Source of the DNA: an uncultured Bacteroidales bacterium
GTDB lineage: Bacteria; Bacteroidota; Bacteroidia; Bacteroidales; WCHB1-69
Assembly (NCBI GenBank): GCA_900321845.1
Contig: ONXT01000253.1
Location: 1 to 35,774, forward strand
DNA: 35,774 nucleotides
Direction of reading: 5' to 3'
The notes below the pieces were generated by a model. It was not told the origin of the DNA and did not search any database. It saw only the letters and a list, made by a program, of their open reading frames with translations. The translations under genes and the position numbers were made by a program. The first letter of the stretch is position 1, and the number at the start of each line of letters is the position of its first letter. Shown here piece after piece: positions 25,091-32,862 of this stretch.

Positions 25091-25861
25091 ATGTTTCTTT
25101 GGGAATCTATTGCCTTCGGTCCGATTCACAGCCGCCGCTTAGGCAGCTCGTTAGGCATCAACGTATCGCCTACGGACGTTAAAATCTGTTCCTTCGACTG
25201 CGTCTATTGCGAGTGCGGCTGGACGCTGGAAAAAGACATCTCCTCCACCCATTTCCATCCTGCATCCCTTATTTTGCAAGCGATTGAGAAAAAGTTGAAG
25301 CAGTGTCAGCAGGATGAAATCCACATCGACAGCATCACCTTCTCCGGCAACGGCGAGCCGACGCTTCATCCGCAGTTCGGAGAGATCATTGACGGATTGC
25401 TGAAATTGCGCGAGCAATACTACCCGACTTCCGCCATCACCTGCCTTACAAATTCAACGCGAATAGGTGAGGAGTCGGTAAGGAATGCGCTGTTGAAGAT
25501 CGACAATCCGATGCTGAAACTCGATGCTGGTCTGCCGGATCTTTATCAACTGATAAACCGTCCGATTCTTCCAGTTACGCTAGAAGAAACGGTGCAGAAC
25601 CTCAGCTTTTTCAAGAATAACTTGTTGATACAAAGTATGTTTCTGAAAGGCGAGGTGGATGGAGTCGCTTTTGACAACACGTCGGAGGAGAATGTTTCCG
25701 CCTGGGTGGACATCAGTAAAAAGCTGAAACCGAAGCGCGTGCTGATCTATTCGTTGGACCGCGAAACGCCTGCCACAAAGTTGAAACAGATTTCCAAACA
25801 GGAGTTGGAGTTGATTGCGGAGCGAGTGCGCGCCTACGGCATCCGCGCCGACATTTATTAG
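25091..25861 (+). CDS. Radical SAM protein
   Basis: I place the start at MFLWESIAFGPIHSRRLG (ATG at 25091), giving 256 aa. It has a CX3CX2C cluster, CSFDCVYCEC, and a downstream GNGEPTLHP glycine-rich SAM motif. Confidence 0.8.
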   Translation: MFLWESIAFGPIHSRRLGSSLGINVSPTDVKICSFDCVYCECGWTLEKDISSTHFHPASLILQAIEKKLKQCQQDEIHIDSITFSGNGEPTLHPQFGEIIDGLLKLREQYYPTSAITCLTNSTRIGEESVRNALLKIDNPMLKLDAGLPDLYQLINRPILPVTLEETVQNLSFFKNNLLIQSMFLKGEVDGVAFDNTSEENVSAWVDISKKLKPKRVLIYSLDRETPATKLKQISKQELELIAERVRAYGIRADIY

Positions 25862-25879
25862 CAGTCTGCCGGTAGCTGT

Positions 25880-27052
25880 TTAGCTAATCCACCCGATTTC
25901 CTTCTCAAACCAAGAGGTGAAGACCTTTTTCATGAGGTTCGCTTTGATCTCTTCCATTGGCCAGAAACGGCCACCGTCGGTTTCATCGGTAGGGGAGAGG
26001 TCGCCATCGTATTTTAGGAAGTAGATGTGTACCAGCTCTTTTTCCACCGCCGACTCATAGACGTAAGACTTGAGGAATTTTGCTTTGAAGTTCTTGAGTT
26101 TCAATTCCTCTTCGGCTTCGCGTATCAGGGCGGCTTCCGTTTTTTCAAGCAGTTTCACATGTCCGCCGACCGCCACGTCCCATTTTCCAGGCTCGATTTT
26201 TTTCCACGAAGGTCGTTTTTGGAGGAACATTTCCCCTTTTGAATTTTTGATGTAGAGGTGTACGGTCGGGTGAAGCAGCTTGTTGCCCTCGTGGCATTGC
26301 CAGCGAAAAGCGCGCCCAACCATGTTGCCTCGTTCATTAACCAACGGGAGAAATTCATTCTCCTCTTTCTTCTTCTCTTGTATAAATCGTTCTTTATCAG
26401 CTGTTTCATCAATTTCTTCTTCGTCATTCTCCTCCTCGACATCAGCGGGTTCAATCTCAGTGGCGACTTCGCCCGGTTTGTTTTTCTTGCGAATCATCGC
26501 GGTCAACCGCTCCTGGGCGCTAAGCTCTTTGGCGGATGTGATTTCCACCACGGAAGCGGTTCCCTCTTCGCCATAAAAAATCGATTCTATCTGCAATATT
26601 TCGGCAGAGTTGGGGCGTTGAAATTCAACCTTCTCCCCTTTTTTATGGCCAGTCAGCGCCTTTGCGAGCGGGGAGAGGAAGGAAATTTTACCATGTACGG
26701 CATCGGCTTCATCCACTCCAACAATGCGAATGGTCTGTTTCTGGTTTTGCCCGTTCAAGTAGGTTACCCAAGCGCCAAAACGGATTTCGCCGTTGTTCTT
26801 ACCGGCATTATTCACGATTTCGGCGGAATTGATGCGCTCGTCAATCTGTAAAATCTTGGCAGTCAGATAGTTGTATTGGATTCGGTTGTCCTTGCTCGCC
26901 TCTTGTTCGCTAACGAGGGTTTCCCGTTCCTGCTTCAGCAATTCTAAACCGGTGGGTGTGACATAATTAGGTGTTCCGTCGGGGAGCGCCGCACGCGGAG
27001 TTACAATGGGTGTTTCTTCCTGGTCACCCTCTTTTACAAAACCACGACTCAT
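25880..27052 (-). CDS. Fusion protein: Gre-factor-like C-terminal domain + acidic linker + NUDIX hydrolase domain
   Basis: 390 aa. Residues 1-160 begin MSRGFVKEGDQEE and contain IRFGAWVTYLNG...IRIVGVDEAD...GKISFLSPLAKALTGHKKGEKVEF, the GreA/GreB C-terminal-domain pattern. Residues 200-235 are an E/D/K-rich linker. Residues ~236-390 carry a Nudix box, GGHVKLLEKTEAALIREAEEELKL (Gx5Ex7REx2EE). Confidence 0.75.
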   Translation of the reverse strand: MSRGFVKEGDQEETPIVTPRAALPDGTPNYVTPTGLELLKQERETLVSEQEASKDNRIQYNYLTAKILQIDERINSAEIVNNAGKNNGEIRFGAWVTYLNGQNQKQTIRIVGVDEADAVHGKISFLSPLAKALTGHKKGEKVEFQRPNSAEILQIESIFYGEEGTASVVEITSAKELSAQERLTAMIRKKNKPGEVATEIEPADVEEENDEEEIDETADKERFIQEKKKEENEFLPLVNERGNMVGRAFRWQCHEGNKLLHPTVHLYIKNSKGEMFLQKRPSWKKIEPGKWDVAVGGHVKLLEKTEAALIREAEEELKLKNFKAKFLKSYVYESAVEKELVHIYFLKYDGDLSPTDETDGGRFWPMEEIKANLMKKVFTSWFEKEIGWIS

Positions 27053-27105
27053 TGATTAATTGATAATTGAGAGTTAATAATTGTTGTTTTCCCGCTTTTT
27101 CTTGA

Positions 27106-27648
27106 TTAAAATGGCGTCACGAAATTTTTGAGTGTTGCGCCTAGTTTGTCCTTGTCGGAGGTAATGGGGTTTTCCACTTGCCAGTCCACACCGATGTAGG
27201 GATCGTTGAAGATGATGCTGCCTTCGGAGGCTTTGTTGTAAAGTGCGGAGCATTTGTAGGCGAAGATGGTGTTGTCCTCCAGCACGGAGAAGCCGTGTGC
27301 AAATCCCTTAGGCACAAAGAGTTGGTGATGGTTTTCGCCGGTAAGCAAGGCGGAAACGTACTTCCCGTAGGTTGGACTGCCCTTGCGCAAATCCACGGCC
27401 ACGTCCAATACTTTCCCCTGAATCACGCTCACCAGTTTCGCCTGGGTAAACGGTGGTTTCTGGAAGTGAAGGCCGCGCACTACATTCTTTTGTGAGAACG
27501 ACTGGTTGTCCTGCACAAAGGTCTCGGTGATGCCTGCCGCCTTGTAGCGTTCTTCATTGTAGGTCTCGTAAAACCAGCCTCTTTGGTCTCCGAAAATCTG
27601 AGGTTTAATTAAAAAAACCCCTTTGATTTCAAGTTCTATTGTTTCCAT
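27106..27648 (-). CDS. rfbC: dTDP-4-dehydrorhamnose 3,5-epimerase
   Basis: 180 aa. It has FGDQRGWFYETYN, RGLHFQ and the cupin-fold RmlC blocks FVPKGFAHGF. Confidence 0.95.
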   Translation of the reverse strand: METIELEIKGVFLIKPQIFGDQRGWFYETYNEERYKAAGITETFVQDNQSFSQKNVVRGLHFQKPPFTQAKLVSVIQGKVLDVAVDLRKGSPTYGKYVSALLTGENHHQLFVPKGFAHGFSVLEDNTIFAYKCSALYNKASEGSIIFNDPYIGVDWQVENPITSDKDKLGATLKNFVTPF

Positions 27649-27677
27649 GTTTTGATGATAATTCTAACGCCTATCTT

Positions 27678-28223
27678 CTACCAAATTCCTGCGTCTTTTT
27701 CAAACCATCTGCTTTGTGCGCGGAGGGTCTGTTCAATGATGTCGCGCACCGCACCATTTCCTCCGTTGCAGAAGGAGATGTAGTCGGCGGTGGCTTTGAT
27801 TTCCTCGCTGGCATCGGCAGGGCAGCACTTGATGCCTGCCAATTGCATCATTTCGAAGTCGGGGATGTCATCGCCCATAATCAAAATTTGTTCTTGTTTC
27901 AAATTGTGAAACGCCATATACTCCTTCAGCCTTTCCACTTTGTTACTGACACTCAGGTATATCTCCATTCCTTTGAAACTTTGATAGCGGAGCCGCATGG
28001 ATTCGGAGTAGCCGCCGGAAATCACTGCGACGTTGTAACCCTTTTGCAGCGCGTAATGCAGCGCGTACCCGTCTTTCACGTTCGTGGCGCGCAATTGGTC
28101 CCCGTCGGGCAGAACGTAGATTTTCCCGTCCGACAACACCCCGTCGAAATCAAAGATGAAGGTCGTGATGTTTTTTAGTTTTTGGCGATAATTCGTGTTA
28201 TTTTCCATCTGTTTTATTTTCAA
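27678..28223 (-). CDS. kdsC: 3-deoxy-D-manno-octulosonate 8-phosphate phosphatase (HAD-IIIA, KdsC family)
   Basis: 181 aa. HAD motif I is FIFDFDGVLSDG, with KDG..L and the GDDIPD motifs. An alternative start is Met6 (28208). It overlaps the stop of the upstream gene. Confidence 0.88.
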   Translation of the reverse strand: MKIKQMENNTNYRQKLKNITTFIFDFDGVLSDGKIYVLPDGDQLRATNVKDGYALHYALQKGYNVAVISGGYSESMRLRYQSFKGMEIYLSVSNKVERLKEYMAFHNLKQEQILIMGDDIPDFEMMQLAGIKCCPADASEEIKATADYISFCNGGNGAVRDIIEQTLRAQSRWFEKDAGIW

Positions 28224-28965
28224 TCCATTCTGAAATCAGTCGGTAGATTTCCTGTAATTTGTTGTCTTTCAGTTCATTCAGTTGTTTCTGAATGATTTTT
28301 TCATCGCGGCGACGCGCAGGACCGGTTTGTGCCTGCCACGGATTCATCAACGAAATTTTATCTAAAGTATTTTGTAATAATGGGATAATGAGTTCGGAAT
28401 CAATGTTGCTTGATCTCAATATGTCGAACCCCACTCCGTACATCGCGTTGGTGAAATTTGAGGAAAAAACGGCGGCCAAATGCAGTTTTTCGCGTTGTTT
28501 TTCGTTGATTTTGTACACTTTATCTGATAAATGCCGGGCAAATTCGCAAAGTACCTCCTCTGTTGCTTGGTCATCTCCTTCTACGCAAAGCGGAACCGCC
28601 AATTTCGAGAAATCAGCATGGCGGGAAATTGTTTGGCAGGGATATACCACGCCGTATCTTTCGCTTTTCTCAGCCAATACGCTTTGTGAAACGGAACCGG
28701 CTGTTAAAACGGCGAGAGGCATCCTGAAAGAAATCTCAGAGATCGTCTTTTCGTATGCGTCATCCTTGATGGAGAAGATGTAAATGTTGGCATCGGAGCG
28801 AAGCTTCGACAGTTTGTCAATGGCCTCACAGCCGCACGACTCTGCCAAAATCTTGCCGTGTTCAAGTGTCGGGCTATAAATCTGAGCCACCTTGATTTCG
28901 GCCTTTTTTAGCGCGTAAGCAAACCAAGTTGCCACATTGCCGCTTCCGATAATAACTGCTTTCAT
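28198..28965 (-). CDS. Rossmann-fold / DUF2520-type putative oxidoreductase
   Basis: 255 aa. The N-terminal dinucleotide-binding motif is MKAVIIGSGNVATWFA. The C-terminal helical domain resembles DUF2520 proteins, which in my recollection commonly neighbour kdsC in Bacteroidota. Confidence 0.7.
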   Translation of the reverse strand: MKAVIIGSGNVATWFAYALKKAEIKVAQIYSPTLEHGKILAESCGCEAIDKLSKLRSDANIYIFSIKDDAYEKTISEISFRMPLAVLTAGSVSQSVLAEKSERYGVVYPCQTISRHADFSKLAVPLCVEGDDQATEEVLCEFARHLSDKVYKINEKQREKLHLAAVFSSNFTNAMYGVGFDILRSSNIDSELIIPLLQNTLDKISLMNPWQAQTGPARRRDEKIIQKQLNELKDNKLQEIYRLISEWIENKTDGK

Positions 28966-28988
28966 CTTGCTTGGTCTTCAGTCGGTTG

Positions 28989-29744
28989 TCAGTTGTCAAA
29001 GATTCCGAAAATGGCGGACCCGCTGCCTGAAAGTGCAGCGTAAATTGCACCTTCATTGTAGAATTTCTTTTTGATTTCCGCCAATTCGGGGTATTTTTTA
29101 AACAACGGGGCTTCGAAATCATTCACGAGAAGATTCTTCCAGTTTTCAATGGGTTGTCCAACAATCTCCTTTAGATTCATTCTGCCGGATTTTGGCGTAA
29201 TCAAGGAATAGGCCTCTGCCGTTGAAATGGAAAAATCGGGTTTGAAAATTTTTATTGTTTTCGTTGATAAATCCAGTGGAATAGGGGAGAGGATCTCGCC
29301 TTTTCCGGTTGCGTAGCAGGGACGGTTTTCAATGAAGAAAGGCACGTCGCTTCCTAATTTTTCAGCGAATTTCTTCAATAACTCATTGGCAAGTTGTAAG
29401 TTGAAAAGTTCATTTGTCATTTTCAGAACGGTGGCGGCATCGGAAGAGCCGCCGCCCAATCCCGCGCCCGAGGGGATGTTTTTTTCCAATGTGATCCTCG
29501 CCCCGCGCAATCCGAACTCCTTTTGCAGCATCCTGAACGCCTTGACGCACAGGTTTTTTTCGCTGTCAATTTGGAAATCGCCCTTTTTCATTTCAAAAAC
29601 AACCTCCTCGGCGGGTTCCATCTCAATTATATCTTGCAGAGTGTCAATAGGATAGAAGATGGTTTCCAAATCGTGAAAACCATCGTCGCGTTTTCGGGTG
29701 ATGTGTAGCCCGAGGTTGATTTTGAAATTGGCGTGGGCTTTCAT
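28989..29744 (-). CDS. ispE: 4-(cytidine 5'-diphospho)-2-C-methyl-D-erythritol kinase
   Basis: 251 aa. It has KINLGLHITRKRDDGFHDLETIF and the GHMP kinase motif PSGAGLGGGSSDAA. Confidence 0.93.
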   Translation of the reverse strand: MKAHANFKINLGLHITRKRDDGFHDLETIFYPIDTLQDIIEMEPAEEVVFEMKKGDFQIDSEKNLCVKAFRMLQKEFGLRGARITLEKNIPSGAGLGGGSSDAATVLKMTNELFNLQLANELLKKFAEKLGSDVPFFIENRPCYATGKGEILSPIPLDLSTKTIKIFKPDFSISTAEAYSLITPKSGRMNLKEIVGQPIENWKNLLVNDFEAPLFKKYPELAEIKKKFYNEGAIYAALSGSGSAIFGIFDN

Positions 29745-29745
29745 C

Positions 29746-30720
29746 TTACAAATCCCACTCCTTTTTGATTACTTCCCATTGATTATCAGAAAGTTTTGCA
29801 CCAATTGTGGAAACCATCTCGTCTCCCAGCCGAGCAGCCAATCGTCCGGTTTTTTCCTCCGGCCAGTTGTTGAGCAGCCCAAACAGGAAACCAGCTGCGA
29901 AGATGTCGCCTGCGCCGTTGGTGTCGATGGGTTTCTTCCCGTTCGTCCCTACCGCGATCCTCTTTCCGTTGATGTTGGCAATGGAGCCTTTTCCTCCTAA
30001 TTTCACGATGGCAATCGGACAATACTGGGATAGAATTTCCAAGGCCTCCTCGCCCTCTTTTCCGGTGAATGCCTTTGCCTCCTCTTCGTTCGCGAAAATG
30101 ATGCTAACATATTCTTTCAGAAGCATTTCCACAAAATCGTGGTGTTCTTCCACCAGGTTGAATGAGGCCATATCCATCGAGATCTTCAGTCCGCACGCTT
30201 GGGCCATCTGACAAACTTTCAGAATCAGGTCGTGGTTGAAAATCAAGTAACCTTCCACGTGAATATAGTTGTAATTCTTGAAAATCACTGGATTGATTTC
30301 GTCGGCAATCATGGCGGAGGCGGCACCGAGGTAGGTGGCGAATGTACGTTCTGCATCCTGTGTCATCAGTGTGGTGGCGATGCCTGTGTCAATCTCCGAT
30401 GAGTGAATGAGATGTGGCTCGATGCCACTTTTTTGCATATCTGATTCAAAAAATTTGCCCATCTCATCTTTCCCGACTTTCCCGATATAGCCAGTTGAAG
30501 CCCCCAATCGGGCAAGTCCGTGAATGGTGTTGGAAGTCGAGCCGCCTGAAGCCAGCGTCTGCTTCAACTCTCGAATCGCCGTGTGAATTTGTCTTTTCTT
30601 TTCTGCATCAATCATTTGCATTCCGCCCTTCGGCAGTTCGTATGCCTTGAGCAGCTTCTCATCGGGGAGGTTGACAATGACATCTACGAGCGCATTTCCG
30701 ATACCTAAAATTCTTTGCAT
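29746..30720 (-). CDS. PfkB-family carbohydrate/adenosine kinase
   Basis: 324 aa. It has ILGIGNALVDV at the N-terminus and the PfkB signature DTNGAGDIFAAGFL near the C-terminus. It lies 1 nt upstream of ispE. Confidence 0.88.
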   Translation of the reverse strand: MQRILGIGNALVDVIVNLPDEKLLKAYELPKGGMQMIDAEKKRQIHTAIRELKQTLASGGSTSNTIHGLARLGASTGYIGKVGKDEMGKFFESDMQKSGIEPHLIHSSEIDTGIATTLMTQDAERTFATYLGAASAMIADEINPVIFKNYNYIHVEGYLIFNHDLILKVCQMAQACGLKISMDMASFNLVEEHHDFVEMLLKEYVSIIFANEEEAKAFTGKEGEEALEILSQYCPIAIVKLGGKGSIANINGKRIAVGTNGKKPIDTNGAGDIFAAGFLFGLLNNWPEEKTGRLAARLGDEMVSTIGAKLSDNQWEVIKKEWDL

Positions 30721-30743
30721 TGTTTATTTTTTAGTGAACTGAA

Positions 30744-30778
30744 AATTTCTAATTTCTAATTTCTAATTGCTAATTGTT
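30744..30778. repeat. Tandem heptamer repeat (AATTTCT x3, then AATTGCT and AATTGTT)
   Basis: Read directly from aatttct aatttct aatttct aattgct aattgtt. It lies between the PfkB kinase ATG (30720) and its putative -7 box (30792-30799), so it would be in the 5' leader. Confidence 0.8.
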
Positions 30779-30791
30779 CTATTACCGTCGG

Positions 30792-30799
30792 CAAAAGTA
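30792..30799 (-). promoter_or_regulatory. -7 promoter box (TACTTTTG on minus strand) for the pfkB-ispE-DUF2520-kdsC-rfbC gene string
   Basis: The + strand reads CAAAAGTA, 72 nt upstream of ATG 30720. Confidence 0.45.
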
Positions 30800-30879
30800 C
30801 AATTTTTTAGTGAATTGCAACCTGCAACTACCGTCTTAGTGTATTGCTGGTCGCTATTTAGAGATTTTACAAAAAAATG

Positions 30880-30887
30880 TATCTTTG
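30880..30887 (+). promoter_or_regulatory. -7 promoter box (TATCTTTG) for folA
   Basis: Exact TAnnTTTG match, 26 nt upstream of ATG 30913. This supports the internal start. Confidence 0.5.
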
Positions 30888-30912
30888 CACAAATATTTCA
30901 AAATCACAAGTA

Positions 30913-31404
30913 ATGAAAGAACTGAATATCATCGCTGCGATTGGGAACCTTCGGGAACTGGGGTTCAAGAACAAGCTTCTCTGCCATTTGCCGAAGGATT
31001 TGCAACACTTCAAATCTCTAACTTCTGGCCACACGGTCGTGATGGGCCGGAATACGTGGGACTCGCTTCCTAAAAAACCCCTCCCAAACCGCCGCAATGT
31101 CGTCCTCTCCCGCAATCTCGACCTTCAATACGACAATTGCGAGGTTTTTCATTCGTTCGAGGAGTTCGCAGCCACCACTTCCCCAGATGAAATCGTCTTT
31201 GTCATTGGGGGAGCACAGCTTTATCAACAATTTGTAAACCAGGCCGATAACCTCTTCATTACCCATATCCATTCCAATTTTCAGGCAGATGTCTTCTTTC
31301 CTATTATTGATGCTAAAATTTGGCAGAGTCAGGAGGAAATTTTTGTGCCCAAAGACGAAATGAATCCCTTTGATTTCCACTTTGCCACCTATAGCAGAAA
31401 ATAA
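30913..31404 (+). CDS. folA: Dihydrofolate reductase
   Basis: I place the start at MKELNIIAAIG (ATG at 30913), giving 163 aa. DHFR blocks are IIAAIG...LP..L..FK..T.GHTVVMGRNTWDSLP and VIGGAQLY. Confidence 0.92.
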   Translation: MKELNIIAAIGNLRELGFKNKLLCHLPKDLQHFKSLTSGHTVVMGRNTWDSLPKKPLPNRRNVVLSRNLDLQYDNCEVFHSFEEFAATTSPDEIVFVIGGAQLYQQFVNQADNLFITHIHSNFQADVFFPIIDAKIWQSQEEIFVPKDEMNPFDFHFATYSRK

Positions 31405-31483
31405 ATCGTCGGTTCAATAATTTACCGAAAGCCTTTTCGTTATTATAATTCAGATATTTGTCAAACCCATAATTTTAGATACA

Positions 31484-32035
31484 ATGAAAAAAACTTTATT
31501 TATTGCACTGATTATGTGCATCGCAGTTGCAGGCTTTGCCCAGAAGAAGACCACCCCACCGGTACCCAATGTTCCCATGGATGATGAAACAGGTCTGATT
31601 ACTTACAAAGAGGTCATTCAGGAAAACGGAACCGCCAAAGAGCTGTATGATCGCGCGCTGGTTTGGGCAAAAAGCTATTATAAAAACACGGGAGAAATCA
31701 TAAAATCAGCCGATGCAGAAAAAGGCGAAATTAAATTCCGTGGCTCCGTCCGCATCTATAGTCGTTTGGATGATGGAAAAAAGATTACGAAAAACGTTGT
31801 GTACTACAATTTTACGCTTCAATGTCGCGAGGGTCGCTACCGTTATACCATTACCGATTTCAACGAGAAGGCGCAGTCGGCCGCGCCTATCGAGCGCTGG
31901 CTCGACACCGATGCCCCCAAGTGGATTCCCGACTATTACCTCTATCTACAAGATGTAGATGACGGCATCAACGAGCTGATTGCCTCCCTCCTTGAAGGAA
32001 TGCAGCCCGTGCAAAAAGTGGAAGACGACTGGTGA
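31484..32035 (+). CDS. Secreted DUF4468-like (TBP-like fold) protein
   Basis: 183 aa with signal peptide MKKTLFIALIMCIAVAGFAQ. The pattern ITYKEVIQ...KELYDRALVWAKSYYKN...AEKGEIKFRGSVRIY...YRYTITDF resembles the DUF4468 family. This is from memory, not searched. Confidence 0.6.
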   Translation: MKKTLFIALIMCIAVAGFAQKKTTPPVPNVPMDDETGLITYKEVIQENGTAKELYDRALVWAKSYYKNTGEIIKSADAEKGEIKFRGSVRIYSRLDDGKKITKNVVYYNFTLQCREGRYRYTITDFNEKAQSAAPIERWLDTDAPKWIPDYYLYLQDVDDGINELIASLLEGMQPVQKVEDDW

Positions 32036-32040
32036 GATGA

Positions 32041-32823
32041 GTGAATGGGGTTAAATGTGTGGTTATGAGAAGAGTATTCTTTTTTGTTGTTATTCTTTTT
32101 GTTCTTGCTTCCTGCAAGCATGAGGAAATTCCAGCAAAATTGAATTTAACCATCAATATAGCAGTTGACGGCAATCCAATCCAATACGATATTCTTGAAT
32201 ATCAAAATGATGCGGGCAATCCGTATCAAGTTTCCGAGGTGAAATTTTTCATTTCGGCGGTCCAGTTGTTCAAAGAGGGGAAGATGACTGCCATCACCGA
32301 CAATTACGGGATTCATTATTATGATTCCAATCTTCCTGACACGCGGAGTTGGGATATTGCCGATGTGTTGGAGGAAGGTGCTTACGACAGCATCGCCTTT
32401 GTCTTCGGACTTTTGCCCGAGCAGAATGTGACGGGCTTTTTCGTTAATCCGCCGGAGAACAACATGAGTTGGCCAGAGGTGCTGGGCGGCGGCTACCATT
32501 ACATGCAAATCAACGGGAAGTGGCTGGCGGCAGGCGACACGCTTAAACCGTTCAACCTTCATACGGGCATCGGGCAGACTTATGCGAACGGCGAGATTAC
32601 GGGTTTCCTCCACAATCAGTTCCGGGTGGTGTTGCCGTTGGACGGTTTCCAGATTAGGACCGGCCATTACAACTGCCTTACACTGGAAATGAACGTCAAC
32701 AATTGGTTTCGCACGCCGCACCAGATCGATTGGAACGAAATCGGCGGCAGCATCATGCAAAACCAGGAGGTGCAACAATGGCTGAAGGAAAACGGTGCCA
32801 ATGTCTTTTCAGTGAGGAGATAG
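32041..32823 (+). CDS. Lipoprotein, MbnP-like (putative copper-binding family) - tentative
   Basis: 260 aa. The more canonical start is Met9 at 32065, giving MRRVFFFVVILFVLASC with a lipobox. The pattern Y.NDAGNPYQVSEVKFFISAVQL, GAYDSIAFVFGL, MSWPEVLGGGYHYMQINGK and HTG resembles MbnP-family proteins. The minus-strand ORF 32146..32778 is its antisense shadow. Confidence 0.5.
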   Translation: MNGVKCVVMRRVFFFVVILFVLASCKHEEIPAKLNLTINIAVDGNPIQYDILEYQNDAGNPYQVSEVKFFISAVQLFKEGKMTAITDNYGIHYYDSNLPDTRSWDIADVLEEGAYDSIAFVFGLLPEQNVTGFFVNPPENNMSWPEVLGGGYHYMQINGKWLAAGDTLKPFNLHTGIGQTYANGEITGFLHNQFRVVLPLDGFQIRTGHYNCLTLEMNVNNWFRTPHQIDWNEIGGSIMQNQEVQQWLKENGANVFSVRR

Positions 32824-32862
32824 GAGTCCTTTGATAAATCGCTCTAAATGAATTAGATACGA

